A stretch of 64,000 nt of DNA from Phoronis australis (GCA_002633005.1 NMRA01000869.1:48815-112814); one strand, 5' to 3'; shown: positions 26,263-38,100, counted from the first letter of the stretch. Translations and numbers: made by a program. Notes: generated from the sequence alone by a model not told the origin.

Positions 26263-26469
26263 GGACCTGTTCTAACAAAACTGACTTAGCTAAGACAAAT
26301 CTTAGTATTAAAACCGTTTCAAGAAAGAGTTCTTAAGTTTGACTTAAGTTTTTGACATAAATTTTGTATTAATTTTGACTAACTTACTCAATGTTTCAAA
26401 GTTTGGAATTAAGACAAATCTGAAATTTAAGTAAAAAATGAACTTAAGTCAGTTTATTGGAACAGGTCC
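26263..26469. mobile_element. PIF/Harbinger-like MITE
   Basis: TIRs GGACCTGTTCTAACAAAACTGACTTA / TAAGTCAGTTTATTGGAACAGGTCC; 3-bp TSD CTG on both sides. Confidence 0.75.
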
Positions 26470-27526
26470 CTGTACTGTATTTGACAAGTGTTAGTATATT
26501 TTGGATGAACTGTCGAGGGTTGGATTATAAATTAAAAAGAAAATGTCTTCAGTTATACCACACCATTTAAAATATTCTATTTATTGTCTTCAAGGCACGC
26601 TTTACCAATGATGCGTAATATATAGTGAAGTCACAATTAGGCTTAGGTTGCTACTTAAGTCATGAAACACGGAACTCCAGAGGTGTCCATGTTCTATTGA
26701 TAACAATTTTGAATAAGACGTCAAAGGTCTTCTTACAAACAATATAAGAGAATTTGTGGGGGATAAAATTTCGCATTGAAAATGTGTATAACAACTTTAG
26801 TATTACTTTATATGAACCTAATGAAGACAAACCGACTTTTAAAAGGTAGGCCTACTATAGAAACCTTTACATGGTTCAATCAAGAGTTTGATGTTCTCTG
26901 TGGGGACTATGTAGTCCAGAATTACGATGCTGAGTTTTCCAATTATGTGCATAATAATGCAAAATCGAATTTAAGATTTCGATCTGAAGAATTCATTTAA
27001 CCTAGTCGATGCATGGAGAGTAATACTAGAATCAAAGTTTCCAGTGGTTTAAAAAAACTCAAAATGGTTAGATTGTATTCTTCCCTTGTAAACGAAGATC
27101 TTCTGAGCACTGTACTAGGTAATGTAACGTATAAACGGGGTATAGAACGAATCACTCAAACATCTTTCTTACTTAAAAAGGGTAGTGGTTTTGGCGCTTT
27201 ATGAACTCTGTTAGGAGACGCCCAGGTCATAGCTGGAGGTAATACAGTGATTGGATATATTGTTTGTAAATTCCCTTACAATAAGTACCGCTTTCTTATG
27301 TGAGGTACTTACAGCTGATGAGTGTGGGTTTGCTTACGACCACGTTGTGTCATATTATATAACAGCAATGACGTCACATCTTATGGTGTGAAAAGTAAGC
27401 AAATTAAAACAAAACCGCCCCAAAAAGAATTAATTTTAAGATTTAACCTTTTTAAGTTTTGTTTCATATGAGAAAATACCTGTTTGGGAGAAATCGCTGC
27501 AGGATTGCAATACTTAATTCAAATAA

Positions 27527-29449
27527 CGCAGAGAAAAATGCAAAAAGGTTTGATTCTCCGCTCCATCTGTAAATTAAAAGGGAAAGTAAAAAAAAATCTA
27601 CGAAGTATTTTTCTCCAATCTAGCAAAGTATTTTGATGAAATAACAATTACTAGAATAATTAAGTCTTCGGTTAAAGTTCTGAGGAACCGAAACGAAATA
27701 CAAAACTTCTATCAGTATTTATATTCTTTTCATTATCATCTACAAGAAAGTTTAAAATTTTGAAAATTGAAAATGTTAAGAAGATCGGTGTTGTGGATAG
27801 AACTAGACTAGATTATGATATTCGTTTATAAGAAATGGATGCAGCGCTAAAAGGGTTAACCGTTGAATTTTACCAATATCTTTGGAGCGAGTTACTTTAC
27901 ATTTTTTGTTTAGATTATTTAAATATAGATTTAAAAAACTCCTCCTCATTCACAGGTACAGGAAGTAATTAAATTTTTACCAAAGCCAAAAGCCCTGCAA
28001 TTTTGAAAAAAATGGTGCCTTATTTCTGCGCTAAGTACAGCACACATCACGAATTTTTGGCCGACCGGTCGGAAATTGGTCGACGACCGGCCGTCGACCG
28101 GTCGGCAAATTAGCCGACCGGTCGGCTAAAAATTAGCCGACCGGCAGCCGCCCGCAGTGCCGACTCATAAGGCGACCCCACAGCCGACCCTTCAGCCGAT
28201 AGTCGGTGGGCCAAATCTCATAGCGTTCATCCTTGTGAGTACTTTGGGGGGGCAACCTAGTTTTTTCTATGTGGCTAGATAATATAACTAAAAATCAAAT
28301 TCCAAAAAGTTCCCACGTCTACACTTGCACATTTTTTTAAAAAAAGGTGTTTTTGTTGCACAAAATATGATGCATATTCTTGCCACTTGATGGCGCTTTT
28401 CTAGTGAATTGACCAATCAGAGAGCCAGATTGTATTGTTGTGCTTAGTTACTTCAATATGGCTGCTCCCATGGAATGTGATATCTGTATAAGTCAAGGTT
28501 TATCAAGCAGCACAAAATTGTGATGTCAGAGCCTAAAGAAGCTTAGGAAAGCTTCCTGACGAAAGCTGATTGACTGTGGAACTCTGTAGATCAGTAGATC
28601 AAGAAAAAGAAGAGGTGTCACAAACGTTTGTGCAGAAAACAGCTGCATGTCCTGGTAGCCTACACAGTATTTTTTGCTGAGTGCTATAGACTAGAATACC
28701 AAGTGTCAGACCAGAAAATTGAAAGGACATAGAACGGCATAGCAACGTTTCAAGGCACCAACAGTAGTACTAAAGCTGAAGTTGCTGAAAGTGATACAGA
28801 TGTTATCCAAGATTTCCCAAGAAAATCAATGGCTTCCAAAATCTGAAACACCCAATTAACCTGATCAAGATAGGAACATTCTGAAACATGAGTGCATCAT
28901 TTGTTAGCAGGAAAAGTACATTATGGGCCACATTTCAAGAANGCAGAGAAAATATGTAAAAGGTTTGATTCTCCGCTCCATTTGTAAATTGAAAGGGAAA
29001 GTAAAAAACTACGAAGTATTTTTCTCCAATCTAGCAAAGTATTTTGATGAAACAACAATTACTAGAATAATTAAGTCTTCGGTTAAAATTCTGAGGAACC
29101 GAAACGAAATACAAAACTTCTATCAGTATTTATATTCTTTTAAACATCATCTACATGGAAGTTTAAAATTTTGAAAATTGAAAATGTTAAAAAGATCGGT
29201 GATGTGGATAGAACAAGACTAGATTATGATATTCGTTTAGAAATGGATGCAGCGCTAAAAGGGTTAACCGTTGACTTTTATAAATTCCTTTGGAGCGAGT
29301 TACTTTACATTTTTTTATTTAGATTATTTAAATATAGTTTAAAAAAACTCCTCCTCATTCACAGGTACATCAAGTAATTAAATTTTTACCAAGGGCCAAA
29401 AGCCCCGAAACTTTGAAAAAAATGGCGCTTTATTTCTGTGCTAAGTACA
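27527..29449. repeat. ~510-bp duplicated segment (27527-28038 / 28943-29449) with different sequence following each copy
   Basis: Second copy begins right after single n (28942); copies diverge after GCTAAGTAC. Confidence 0.8.
28069..28210. repeat. Cluster of palindromic GCCGACCGGTCGG motifs, likely a transposon subterminus
   Basis: About 10 GCCGAC/GTCGGC motifs in 140 bp of GC-rich DNA in an AT-rich background. Confidence 0.6.
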
Positions 29450-30405
29450 TGTATAAACTAACACGTTCTATCCTAAAGTTTAGCGTATCAACAAAACGCC
29501 CGATTTCTCCACATGTGTTAGCGTTATGCGCTAAACCCGAGAGATATGCTTAAAGTGTTTTAGCACGTGAAAAACAGACTAAATTCCATTATCCAAAGTG
29601 GTTCTTTGCCACTCAAACAGAATATAAAGTCTATGAATGTTTCCGGTTGGTTCGTAAACATTTTGAATTTCTGTTAATTTGAAAGCATTTTCCCTTTAGC
29701 CTCAAATTTCAAAAAAAAAACGATTTGTCAAGTGCTCGACACTTTGTCGACTTTTCTCCTACACGGCAATCCCGGTCTCCTTATTTAGTATGACAAGACA
29801 TAAACGTAACACCTTTCTCTCATTATGTTGTGGAAGAATGTGACTTCTGACCTTTGATGTAAACAAGGGCGAGTTCAAGCCGCGGCCAGTCCGACTTCTT
29901 TGAGCGCATGGGCTCATATATATTACTACGGTCGAACACCTTGAAAAACCACTGGCATGCAAAGTTTTCGTTTCGTCTATATTTCAAAAACTAGTGGATC
30001 TGACTTTTCTCTAAGAACTCTTGCAATATTCAAAGTGAATAACACTTACGTTAGCATCCCCAAGAAGTAGATTCGCCACAATCTGTTTGAAATGTATTTT
30101 TACAAGTTTTCGCGGTTGATGCCTTTTAAAGGTTGTAGTGGAGTTAAAGACATCCTTTTTGGAAGTCGCGAATTTAAAATAAAACCTCAGCATCACTTAA
30201 AAATTGTTGCATCTTTTGGACCAATTCGCAAACTTCTCTGGTCTCAAATTCAATAAAGATATTAAGAATTTATCAGGATCGGTTACATAAAATAGAGAAC
30301 GTCAACCCCTGAGTGTTCAAAAACATTAAAATGATCGATCCAAACCTAACTTTTCAACATTAGGAATTAATGCCAATAAAGATTTATATAAAATTATTGA
30401 TTTAA

Positions 30406-31382
30406 GAGGCAGTCCATATAAAAACCAATAGATTTTCAAAAATCAGTCTATACGTCAAAATTTAAAACAACTTCATTTTTTGTACATGGGTAGGTATTCC
30501 AACAAAAACCCAAATGCCAAATTTTGAGCACTCAATGACCCCTAATTTCGCCGCTGGAGCATGAAAACACAAATTGGCACAATTGGGCATATTAGCCGTT
30601 TCAAAAATCGCATGTTTTCAGCAACAAAAATGAGTAACATGCAAAATTGATCAAAAGCTATATTTTGGTGGCTGAAATAACCAACGTATACTGTGCATAA
30701 TTCTGTGTCATTTATTAAAANAGTGCAATGGGCCCACATGCGAGGCCTGCGCACGTCTGATACAACGTGTATCAGACCGCCTGCAATTATTTTTTTTTAT
30801 ATGTGACGTTATGAACATACAGTTAAAGAGTTAGTCTTGATGACTGAGTAATAAAAAATCTTGCCTCAACTTTGCACTTTAGTGAAAATTGTCTTGCAAA
30901 ATTGTCTATTTTCATAGTTTGGAAATGACGAGCAGAGTTTACAGACCATTTGAACAAACTTTTAGGCAAGAAGTCTGCTTTAAATAGTTATAGAAACCAA
31001 GTCTAAAGTTTTTCAAATGAAAACAAGATGTTTTCCGGGTTTATTACGCGGCTAGTATCAAAACTGAATCCGATGACCTTTGTCCACTGAGGGAGTCATT
31101 TGAGGTTTAAAGCTTGAGGATTTATAAAAAATATACGTGTAACCCTCTCGTATTCTTTCATTTCTTTTACATAATCAGGTTAATTTAAACACTCCGTAGA
31201 ACTTTTGAATGGAAATAAATGCCTTTAAGATTAAACGAGTAAGAATTGATATTTGTAATGACTGGTTTTGAGAGAAGCAAGTGCATTTTAAAAAGACAAA
31301 ATGACAGACGATGTCGATGGGCCTTCATGTTCCTTTAGAGTTTATTCTTCAAAAAATCACAAAAGCTTTGTGCTTTAGTGAG
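30406..31382 (+). mobile_element. Sola3-type transposon, 5' fragment
   Basis: TTAA|GAGGCAGTCCATATAAAAACC start; colinear with 61750-62759 apart from 30721-30800 (n join). Confidence 0.8.
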
Positions 31383-31404
31383 TCACAAAGATTCTGTAAG
31401 GGTT

Positions 31405-31560
31405 AAGGAGATATCGCCTCGCATGCAAAACAAAAAGTCAGTAGCTTCATATCATAGGACCACATCTGCCAAATCTCATTGAGACCCTGCAAGGGGTTAA
31501 GGAGATACTCTACCGTATGCCGGATGCCCAGACAGAGACGATGGCATAAACTGCATTCGT
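31405..31560 (-). mobile_element. Short HINE-related fragment
   Basis: TGCCAAATCTCATTGAGA...GGTTAAGGAGATA...CAGACAGAGACGATGGCATAA resembles the terminal unit of the HINE copies. Confidence 0.45.
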
Positions 31561-31677
31561 GACTTAAACCACAGGATTTTCCCGTACCCTTTATTTTGTT
31601 TGCAGGTCTAAATATTCATACAAACACCCGGACAGCTCCATAGGATAAAGTGTAAACATCCTTGACAACCCAATTAC

Positions 31678-31818
31678 CTGCAGGTTCTGTGTCCAAGCCA
31701 TCATCCTCGATCTGGTCATACAGTTCGTCGAGTTCTGACGATGACCTATTCAATCTCCTCTGTTGGCATGTGATGGGCTCAGGCAGTACTATGGTAATTG
31801 GCTTTTCCGTATTTGCAC
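31678..31818 (-). CDS. Second coding exon of unidentified Tyr-motif-rich protein
   Basis: tttcag / gtaatt bounded, 141 nt, phase 1-1; GANTEKPITIVLPEPITCQQRRLNRSSSELDELYDQIEDDGLDTEPA, in frame with the upstream exon. Confidence 0.75.
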
Positions 31819-32275
31819 CTGAAATGTGGATTCAAACATCTACTTATAACAATTCTTCCCTTATTTCACCCAAAAATAATTACTAAAATGGTCATTTTTA
31901 CGTTTTTCAATGGCTGATTGCTGTTTTACATTGAGAACTCCAGCGAATGTTGTTTTGTGATATCTACACACTGCAAAGCATGCTTAAAATAGACTATTGA
32001 ATGTTCTTAATCTGTTTACCCTAGCAGAGAAATCTAACAAAACAAACTTTCACTTGTTGGCCATAGTGTGTGCTCAATAGGTTAAGAACTACTATACCAT
32101 GACCCAGACAACAAAACCATTGGAAATCATCAAAAATGACACAGAATATTTCACTGAGATGTCGATGATGCCAGTGCAACAAAATCCAAGAATATTCCAA
32201 AACCACAACATACGCATGAAACACGTGCTTTGTGAGAAATCTTCACAAGAAGAAGTTCCATTTGTGTTCGCTCAC

Positions 32276-32996
32276 CTGCCTTGGTATTCTCCTCGGGAAC
32301 AAATGCGTCATCGTAAAAAATTTCGTCCGGAATCGTTCTACCATCCTCACTTACTCCTGTTCCTCCTGATGCCAACAACGGGTTGGCTACATCGTCGTAC
32401 TCCCCACCATCATCGCCAGGTGGCGCTGTAATTATGTCACCCTGAGAAACAGTTACATCAGAGCCACTACCATCTACACTAACACCCGATGTACCAATGA
32501 CATCATCGTATGTGTTGCTACTGTCCCGCACCATATCTTTGCTTGTAACTTGTTCACCTGAGCTTGAACCCTGTTGATACGTTTGTGGCGATGTTCTGTC
32601 TATTTTAACACCATTTCCCAAAGATTTCATGGGAAGTACCTCGGTACCACCACCATCGGGAGTGTCAACATTCGGTCCTTCAAGCTTTAGAGCTTTACTT
32701 GCATCGTCATTCCCATTGGAGCCCTGGCTTTGATCACCGGTGTTTCTATGTGAAAGTTCTGCCTTGTGTTTCCTGAAAATGTCTTCATTTTCATACGTGT
32801 GGGGTTGCGACGTCCGAGGTACTATACTTGACTTGAGTGTGGTCACAGCAACCTGGTCAGATGATGGTATCAAATCGTAGCTTCCTGTTGTCGAGGCCTC
32901 CAGGCTGTTGACAGAAGACTGCGCTAGTGCTTTTTCAAGTTCAATCTCCATCTTGGCATCATATGAGAGCCTCGACAGGTCACCACTGGTACTCAT
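32276..32996 (-). CDS. First coding exon of unidentified, largely disordered adaptor-like protein with acidic tyrosine motifs
   Basis: 240-codon stop-free stretch from ATCATGA; acceptor at ~33047, donor GCAG|GTGAG at 32276; motifs YDLI, YENE, YDDV x2, YDDA. Confidence 0.75.
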
Positions 32997-33161
32997 GATT
33001 TAGAAGTTGTTCTCACTCCAACAGTGACAGATGATGAGAGCCCATGCTGTTAAATACAAGAGACATGATGAGACAGAGATAAGAGGGACTGTGATGAATA
33101 GCATGGTTATGGTTTACAATCTGATTGCAAAACCAGCCATTTGATATCAGTATTTTCTCAG

Positions 33162-34010
33162 AGGTAGGGTGGCCTAGTGGATTGAATGTTTGCCTCCTGT
33201 TCACAAGGTCATAGTATGAAAAATAAATCAATTACTGGACTTACGGATTGAGATAGCTACGTTTTACCCTCATCTCGAGGACTTCGGCAGGCCGCTGAGA
33301 TGTCACGTGACTCATGTGATCGATAGCACAGTTTGCGCGGAATACTCTCTAGTGCCCTATCCTAAGTTTTTGGTAACAGGAATCTCAGGCCCCTTGTCTG
33401 TTTAAACTGGGATTCTCCACTCTCTCATATATAACCCCCTTAACCCCTCGCCTGAACCAGTTTTCTTCCCTATCTAAAATAGTGACATCCTCCATGGAGA
33501 AAGAATGGTCCGAACTAACCATGTGGGAGGATACTGCCAAATCATAACAATCTCCCACATGGCTGGTACGGACCATTCTTTCTCCATGGAGGATGTCACT
33601 ATTCTAGATAGGGAAGAAAACTGGTTCAGGCGAGGGGTTAAGGAGGCTATACATGAGAGAGTGGGGAATCCCAGTTTAAACAGACAAGGGGGCCCCGAGA
33701 TTCCCGTTACCAAAAACTTAGGATAGGGCGCTAAAGAGTATCCGGCACAAACTGTGCTGTCGACCACATGATGAGTCATGTGACATCTCAGTGGCCTGTT
33801 GAAGTCCTCGAGAGGAGGACGGAACGTAGCCAACTCAATCCGAAAGTCAAGTAATTGATTTATGTTTCATATTATTTACTCAACTGGATGACTCAAAATA
33901 TTCATCATATTAACACAAGGTCATAGGTTTGAATCCCACTGGACCCCAATGCTACACCCTCAGGCAGCACCCTATCTCCTCAGCTCTGTCTTAATTGGTG
34001 GGTATTATAC
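33162..34010 (+). mobile_element. tRNA-derived SINE head interrupted by a Penelope fragment
   Basis: A-box TGGCCTAGTGG (33170-33180) and B-box GGTTTGAATCCC (~33926-33936) become contiguous when 33215-33926 is removed. Confidence 0.65.
33215..33913 (+). mobile_element. Penelope-like element 3' fragment with inverted partial copy
   Basis: GIY-YIG C-terminus HSFSMEDVTILDREENWFRRGVKEAIHERVGNPSLNRQGG on both strands; 13-bp TSD CACAAGGTCATAG (33202-33214, 33914-33926). Confidence 0.88.
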
Positions 34011-35907
34011 CATTTGTGTATATTAATAAGTGGAAAAGGATTAAGGTGTTCCGAGCAATCAGGGACGGGGTTGAGTGGCCTCTGAATATTTGATGCAACG
34101 AGTACATGACGGCGTTTTCCCGTTCAGTGACTTTACCAGACGTAGGGGGTTCTGAGCGTGTGATAGCATCTGGCTTCTTTGTTAACTGCCAAGCGCAGAC
34201 TTTTGTCTGTTATGACAACAAGTAGGCCAGTTATCTACCAGGCTTATTACAGACCATGCGTGAACACCGTCAAACCATAGTGAATTGATACACTCCGAAA
34301 GAATAGGTTATCGTAACTTCGGTTGCAGTTGGGCTATTTTGGCGATTCAAAAACAAAAACATGATAACCATTTGATGAAGATTTCAGAAATTCTATTGGT
34401 TTATGTTCAAATATGTTATAACTTAACTTTTATTTTTAACAGCACAGCCCAGTCAGGTTAGGTAGGATCTTATCGAAGATTAGAGCAATTATCGAAAAAA
34501 TGAGAGCTGGCCCTCCAACTACGAATGTCAGAATGGAATTAATCAGTCATGTAAGATATTGGCTACAGGGGTAAACTTCCCAACTTGTTGTTGGGCTATG
34601 GAATCGAACAAGTTGGGAGCAACAGGAAATGAAAACGCTGTCATGATCAGACTTACGTACTATATTTTAGTATTGTTTCAATCCTCTCATTACATGAATT
34701 CAAAAATGTACCAAACATATACAAATTGTATCTTCTTAGTTTTAAAATTAATTTTTTGCTGCAGTATTTCATGGGCTGACTTGAAGATTGCAGATCAGAA
34801 GAAAATAGAGTGCCCTTAATATTGGTAAGGGCTAACTTTCCTTACAACCACTAGGTGGAGCTCCAGCTCTTACCCGCCAGGACACCAGACCCCACTACGA
34901 GAAGCCAAACAACACGTCATCAAATCCATGACATTCCGTGAATTCGCCTACCAGTCCGCCATGTGGATGCTCAAATTTCAAAGTTAAAATAAACAAAATT
35001 TTACAATTTCACAAACTTGCCATTGTAGCATCAGATCAACATGCAAGTAATGTCTTGTGTCTGTATTATTGTACAACTTCTTAACTTCGCTGTGCAACCA
35101 TTGGAACCAGCTTTATGTGGAACAGAGGAGTTCGAGAAACTTTAATTAAAAATTATAATATTCTAGGTTTAATAAATGGGTTCTATTGACAAGTCTAAGA
35201 GATGAAATCATAAAACAAAGCAATATCACCAACAGACAGGACTATTGATAAGTTTCAGTGGTGAAGTCATAAATCAACTCTTAACCTAAACATTTTACAG
35301 CTGCATACTGACCACAGTTAAAACAATTACTGCATATCAATTGCATAGCCGAAATGTGTAGAACAACTCAACAAGCAAAAACAAACACATAAAACAGACT
35401 TTGTCAACTGCATATTTTTTGAACAGAAGTATCTGTTGTGAATTGATCAATAATGTCGACGGAATCAGCGTGACGTAGAAATGAGAGCACGCATGGGGCC
35501 CCCATCTCCACAGCAACGTGTGGAGAGTACTGCTAAAACACTGATTGGCATGACAACCTGAGGGACACCCGTCACTCAGTATCCTTCATTGATCACAACA
35601 GCAATCCTTTCATATTTAGTTTTCTCCACTTGTTAATGGTTGTCAAGTGTTTAATTGATGAGCTATTAAGTACAAAGCAACAATACATTTCATTATTGTC
35701 TACCTGAGATATGGACAACAACTGTGTTTGTCATGCTGAGACGACAGAATAACAGTCATTCCACTCTATTTTGTTTTTTTTTACAAAAGATACAGTACAC
35801 GACAAAAGGAATCGGAAAAAATACCGTTTTCTCCGTCACAACGGTTTAATTTCGTTAACAGCAAAAATAACGGGTAATAATTATGAGGGCCGCAACATTC
35901 TAATTAC

Positions 35908-36783
35908 AACAAGAGCAACGCAGAGTGCTGAAATGCGCCCACAAATGCATCGCAAATGGTGTGCTTTTAGAGTTGCTTATTTGTGTCACTCATAAAAATG
36001 GTCACTAGATGGTACAAAAACATATAATCCGTCCGAAAACGGGAACATGTCATTGCTTCTTTAATAGAAAGCTTAACACCAAATTTCATAGAAATCAGTC
36101 ATGGAACTTCAGAGAAACAAAGGAAAACAGAATGAAATGAAATTGCCACTAGGGGGCACAGTGTTCATTGGATGCGCCTGAAAGTCGTCATTATCTGCTG
36201 TTAGCTTCATATAAATGAACTTACAAAATTTAATAAAGATCCTGCAGTGGGTTTAGGAGAGGCAGCCATGGGCGCAAAACGAAACAAAACTACCACTAGG
36301 AAGCGCCAGAGTAGTCAAAGTTGTCATCATCAACCGTCCTCTTCAAACTGAGAACATATACGCCAATTTTCAAAACCATCCTTAGAATGATTTAGTTTGT
36401 AGAGAGGTATACGCCAAAAAAAAGCAAAAATGGCCACTTGGAGGTGCAAACTACGTTGAATCCATTTGAAAACGGGAAGATACCGTCGTCTTACTAATAG
36501 ATGCCTATATACCAAATTTTATGAAAATACGTTGAAAACCTTTGGAGATAGAGGTAAACGTAAAAAACTAAAATTGCCACTAGAGGCATACCGGTAGTCG
36601 GATCCATCCGAATGTTGCTTCATGCCGTTCCATCAATGAAAGCAACACATCTGCAAAATTTCATGAACATGCGTCAAACGGTTTTGGAGACAGAGCAGCG
36701 GACACCAAACGGACGCTGGACAGCCTTCGCCCAGACGCAGTTGACGGCATAATGCGTCCACATATAAATATGTGGGCGCATAA
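35908..36783 (-). mobile_element. HINE/DINE-1-like element, copy 2
   Basis: Same ends as 1089-2098 (ACAAGAGCAACGC...AAATGCGCCC; GACGGCATAATGCGTCCACATATAAATATGTGGGCGCATAA) and homologous ~144-bp units. Confidence 0.8.
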
Positions 36784-36789
36784 TAACGC

Positions 36790-36945
36790 TTAGCCACCTT
36801 AGTAACTTTCTTGTTAATTTTCCTTCATTTTCGGTCAGGAAAGAAGTACTTTGATAATGTATATGGCTCCCACCCAGGCATCACAAAGGGAGTTCTCAGT
36901 CATTTTGTCAGAATACTTTTGACTTGCAGTACAAACAACATCAAA
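36790..36945. repeat. Dispersed repeat fragment, second copy at ~55343-55498
   Basis: GCCACCTTA.TAACTTTCTTGT.AATTT.CCTTCATTTTCGGTCA...GAATACTTTTG.CTTG shared. Confidence 0.75.
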
Positions 36946-37169
36946 GTAGTAACAATAGTCAGATCTATCCAAACAATTGCTCTCTCTCTTCATGAAGACC
37001 CCTCAAGGAACTAGGCAGGTATTGAGGAAAACACAACCAAACAAAAATTCCACTATGTGGTGATATAGTAGTCGAAACTGTCTGAAAATTAACAACAGTC
37101 GTGCTCTCATTAAAATAATCAAGCATGGTAGATCCATCGAACACCTTTAACACAAAGTAAATACAATAA

Positions 37170-37758
37170 TTGAAATTGTCACTAGAGGACGCGCCACAGC
37201 AGATCTGATTGAAAATTAACGTAAGTATATACTTGTAGGGAAGCAGGTGTCTCCAAGACACAAAAATACCAAACAATGGTCACTAGCGGGGGGGGNTCAG
37301 TAGAAACACATTTGCCACATTTCATAAAAATCCATCAAGGAACTCTTGCTAGATACAGAAACAAACGTAAAAAATAAAACTGCCACTGGAGCCCACAGCA
37401 ACAGTAGTAATTAGAAAGCGAATGAAAATGATGATCCTATGATCCTACAAGGAATTTGGAAAATGTACAGGAGACACCAGACACCAAACGGCCACACAGA
37501 GACCACTGTAATATGTATTTATGTTCGGAATATGTCCCGAAAATAATAGGTGTGTCGCAAGCTCCGTTTCCAGAGATACAAAGGAGACCGTGTATAGGCG
37601 ATATAAGGTAACTTATTATGACTGATAAGGTACAGAAATATGAGTGTACAAATAACATAAAGATAAAATAATAATCTCTGGAAAGATGGGCAATAAAAAG
37701 CGCCACGAGAGATGTTGAAGACGGCTCATGCCCATATCATATATGTGGGCACATTAAA
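37170..37758 (-). mobile_element. Degraded HINE-related copy
   Basis: Unit homology (CACATTTCATAAAAATCCATC, AAACGTAAAAAATAAAACTGCCACT) and terminal hairpin GCCCATATCATATATGTGGGC. Confidence 0.45.
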
Positions 37759-38100
37759 AGTGAAAAGATCAATTTGCCTGCACTTCGTGGGATTTTACGT
37801 ATGCTGGTTAGCACAATAATTGTATCCCAAACTTATCATTGTAATCACATGTTTTCTTAAAACACAAGGAAGATAAACAACTGTATAGAGAGGCAAATTC
37901 ACTTTATCCACAGGTAGAAAAACTGGCGCAAACGATTATGGTATACAGCAGGCAGCTGAAATCCTTGGTAACCACAGAAACTTATGAATATGTCAATCTC
38001 AACATGGCGTTGAAAATATGTTGCAAACATTTGAGTCGTGTCTGCCCACAATCTGTTGGCCACATCACGTGACCTAATGAATATAAGTTCGAAAAGATTT

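Noticed and set aside
32276-32996. Naming the gene PIK3C2A, FYB or SKAP
   Set aside because: Only short-motif resemblance; no folded domain visible in the window.
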